Shown: positions 63,546-64,000 of the stretch, piece after piece
Layout: the number at the start of each line of letters is the position of its first letter
Numbering within the stretch: the first letter of the stretch is position 1
Origin: an uncultured Gammaproteobacteria bacterium
GTDB lineage: Bacteria > Patescibacteriota > Microgenomatia > UBA1406 > GWC2-37-13
Direction: 5' to 3'
Assembly (NCBI GenBank): GCA_964484325.1
Contig: CAZAEE010000006.1
Span: 1,932 to 65,931, forward strand
Length of the DNA stretch: 64,000 nt
Notes under the pieces: generated by a model
What the model was told of the DNA's origin: nothing
The model's database searches: none
Seen by the model: only the letters and a program-made list of their open reading frames with translations
Program-made: the position numbers and the translations under genes

Positions 63546-64000
63546 ATGCCACAAAATAAACGAGGATTTACGCTTATAGAGCTTACTATTGTGTTGGCAG
63601 TTATTGCAGTACTTGCAGTTGGTATTATTGCAGCACTTAATCCAGGAGAACAGTCGAAACGCGCAAATGATGCTCGAATAAAGCATACTATGGGTGAATT
63701 TATGAATGCAACTCAAGCATGGGACATTTCTAACGGTTATTCACCTTTTTGCTCTTCTACTTTATGCAGTGGACAAAGAGGGCCAGATTTACTAACTAAT
63801 GCAGGTGACGATTTAAGTGCAAGAGTAATCAGCAAGCTTGTAGCACAGAATGAGTTAACGTCTAACTTTGATATTCAAACTGCAGCAGATCAATCTAAAA
63901 TAGCCTCGACTTTTATTGCTTCTACCAATCAATTAACATTTTGCTACAAATTAACATCAGCATCTGAGCGCAATTCTATATCTGGAAATGTTTGGTGTGA
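63546..64000 (+). CDS. Type IV pilin (paralog 3), 3-prime end outside the window
   Basis: MPQNKRG/FTLIELTIVLAVIAVLAVGIIAALNPGEQSKRANDARIK. Confidence 0.8.
   Translation, partial: MPQNKRGFTLIELTIVLAVIAVLAVGIIAALNPGEQSKRANDARIKHTMGEFMNATQAWDISNGYSPFCSSTLCSGQRGPDLLTNAGDDLSARVISKLVAQNELTSNFDIQTAADQSKIASTFIASTNQLTFCYKLTSASERNSISGNVWC

Noticed and set aside
1-64000. Alternative genetic code (UGA recoding, as in some candidate phyla)
   Set aside because: Long conserved ORFs are intact under the standard code. TGA also terminates well-defined genes, for example at 15785-15787 and 18707-18709.
1-64000. Prophage, IS element, toxin-antitoxin or known defence system
   Set aside because: I recognised no integrase, transposase, recombinase, capsid/terminase, restriction/Cas or TA-like ORF. 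The two methyltransferases look like small-molecule/RNA class I enzymes, and neither has a partner nuclease.

Overview
Gene-dense 64-kb segment with about 65 plausible CDS and 4 tRNAs. It uses the standard genetic code (TGA serves as a stop). I found no rRNA, CRISPR array, transposase or integrase. By inference it comes from a reduced-genome, monoderm, CPR/Patescibacteria-type (Microgenomates-like) bacterium. The grounds are domain-minimised housekeeping proteins, many type IV pilus genes without a secretin, and Pro/Thr-linker secreted proteins. Contents in order: (1) ruvC tail, gpmI, PfkB kinase, PMM/PGM, holA-like gene, membrane protein, MFS transporter. (2) A 1.6-kb AT-rich gene desert rich in palindromes, followed by tandem GH44-like and GH5-like secreted enzymes that share a 66-aa Cys-rich dockerin-like module and a C-terminal domain. 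(3) Six dockerin-bearing secreted proteins between 9.9 and 31.9 kb with no recognisable cohesin. (4) Cell-wall genes: two lysozyme-like paralogs, VanW-like, L,D-transpeptidase, class A PBP. (5) A GH130 gene convergent with (3-prime ends overlapping) a GT4/(alpha/alpha)6 fusion gene, and a NYN-domain gene. (6) thrS-infC-rpmI-rplT-pheS-pheT running straight into a five-gene nucleotide-sanitation block (UDG4, deoxyribosyltransferase-like, MazG-like, two Nudix). (7) recG, rpmF-nusB-rnc, rpsP. (8) A 14-kb type IV pilus supercluster with pilMNO, pilB-pilT-pilC, nine prepilin-type genes and a DUF2723 glycosyltransferase-like membrane protein wedged between pilin paralogs. The most interesting candidates are: the cohesin-less dockerin display set together with a membrane-anchored three-repeat Cys-paired protein (34568-35923) as a possible receptor; the pilin/DUF2723 arrangement; consensus promoters that abut start codons (leaderless mRNAs); two orphan promoter units; and the non-coding desert. 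All functional calls come from reading motifs by eye. No database search was run.
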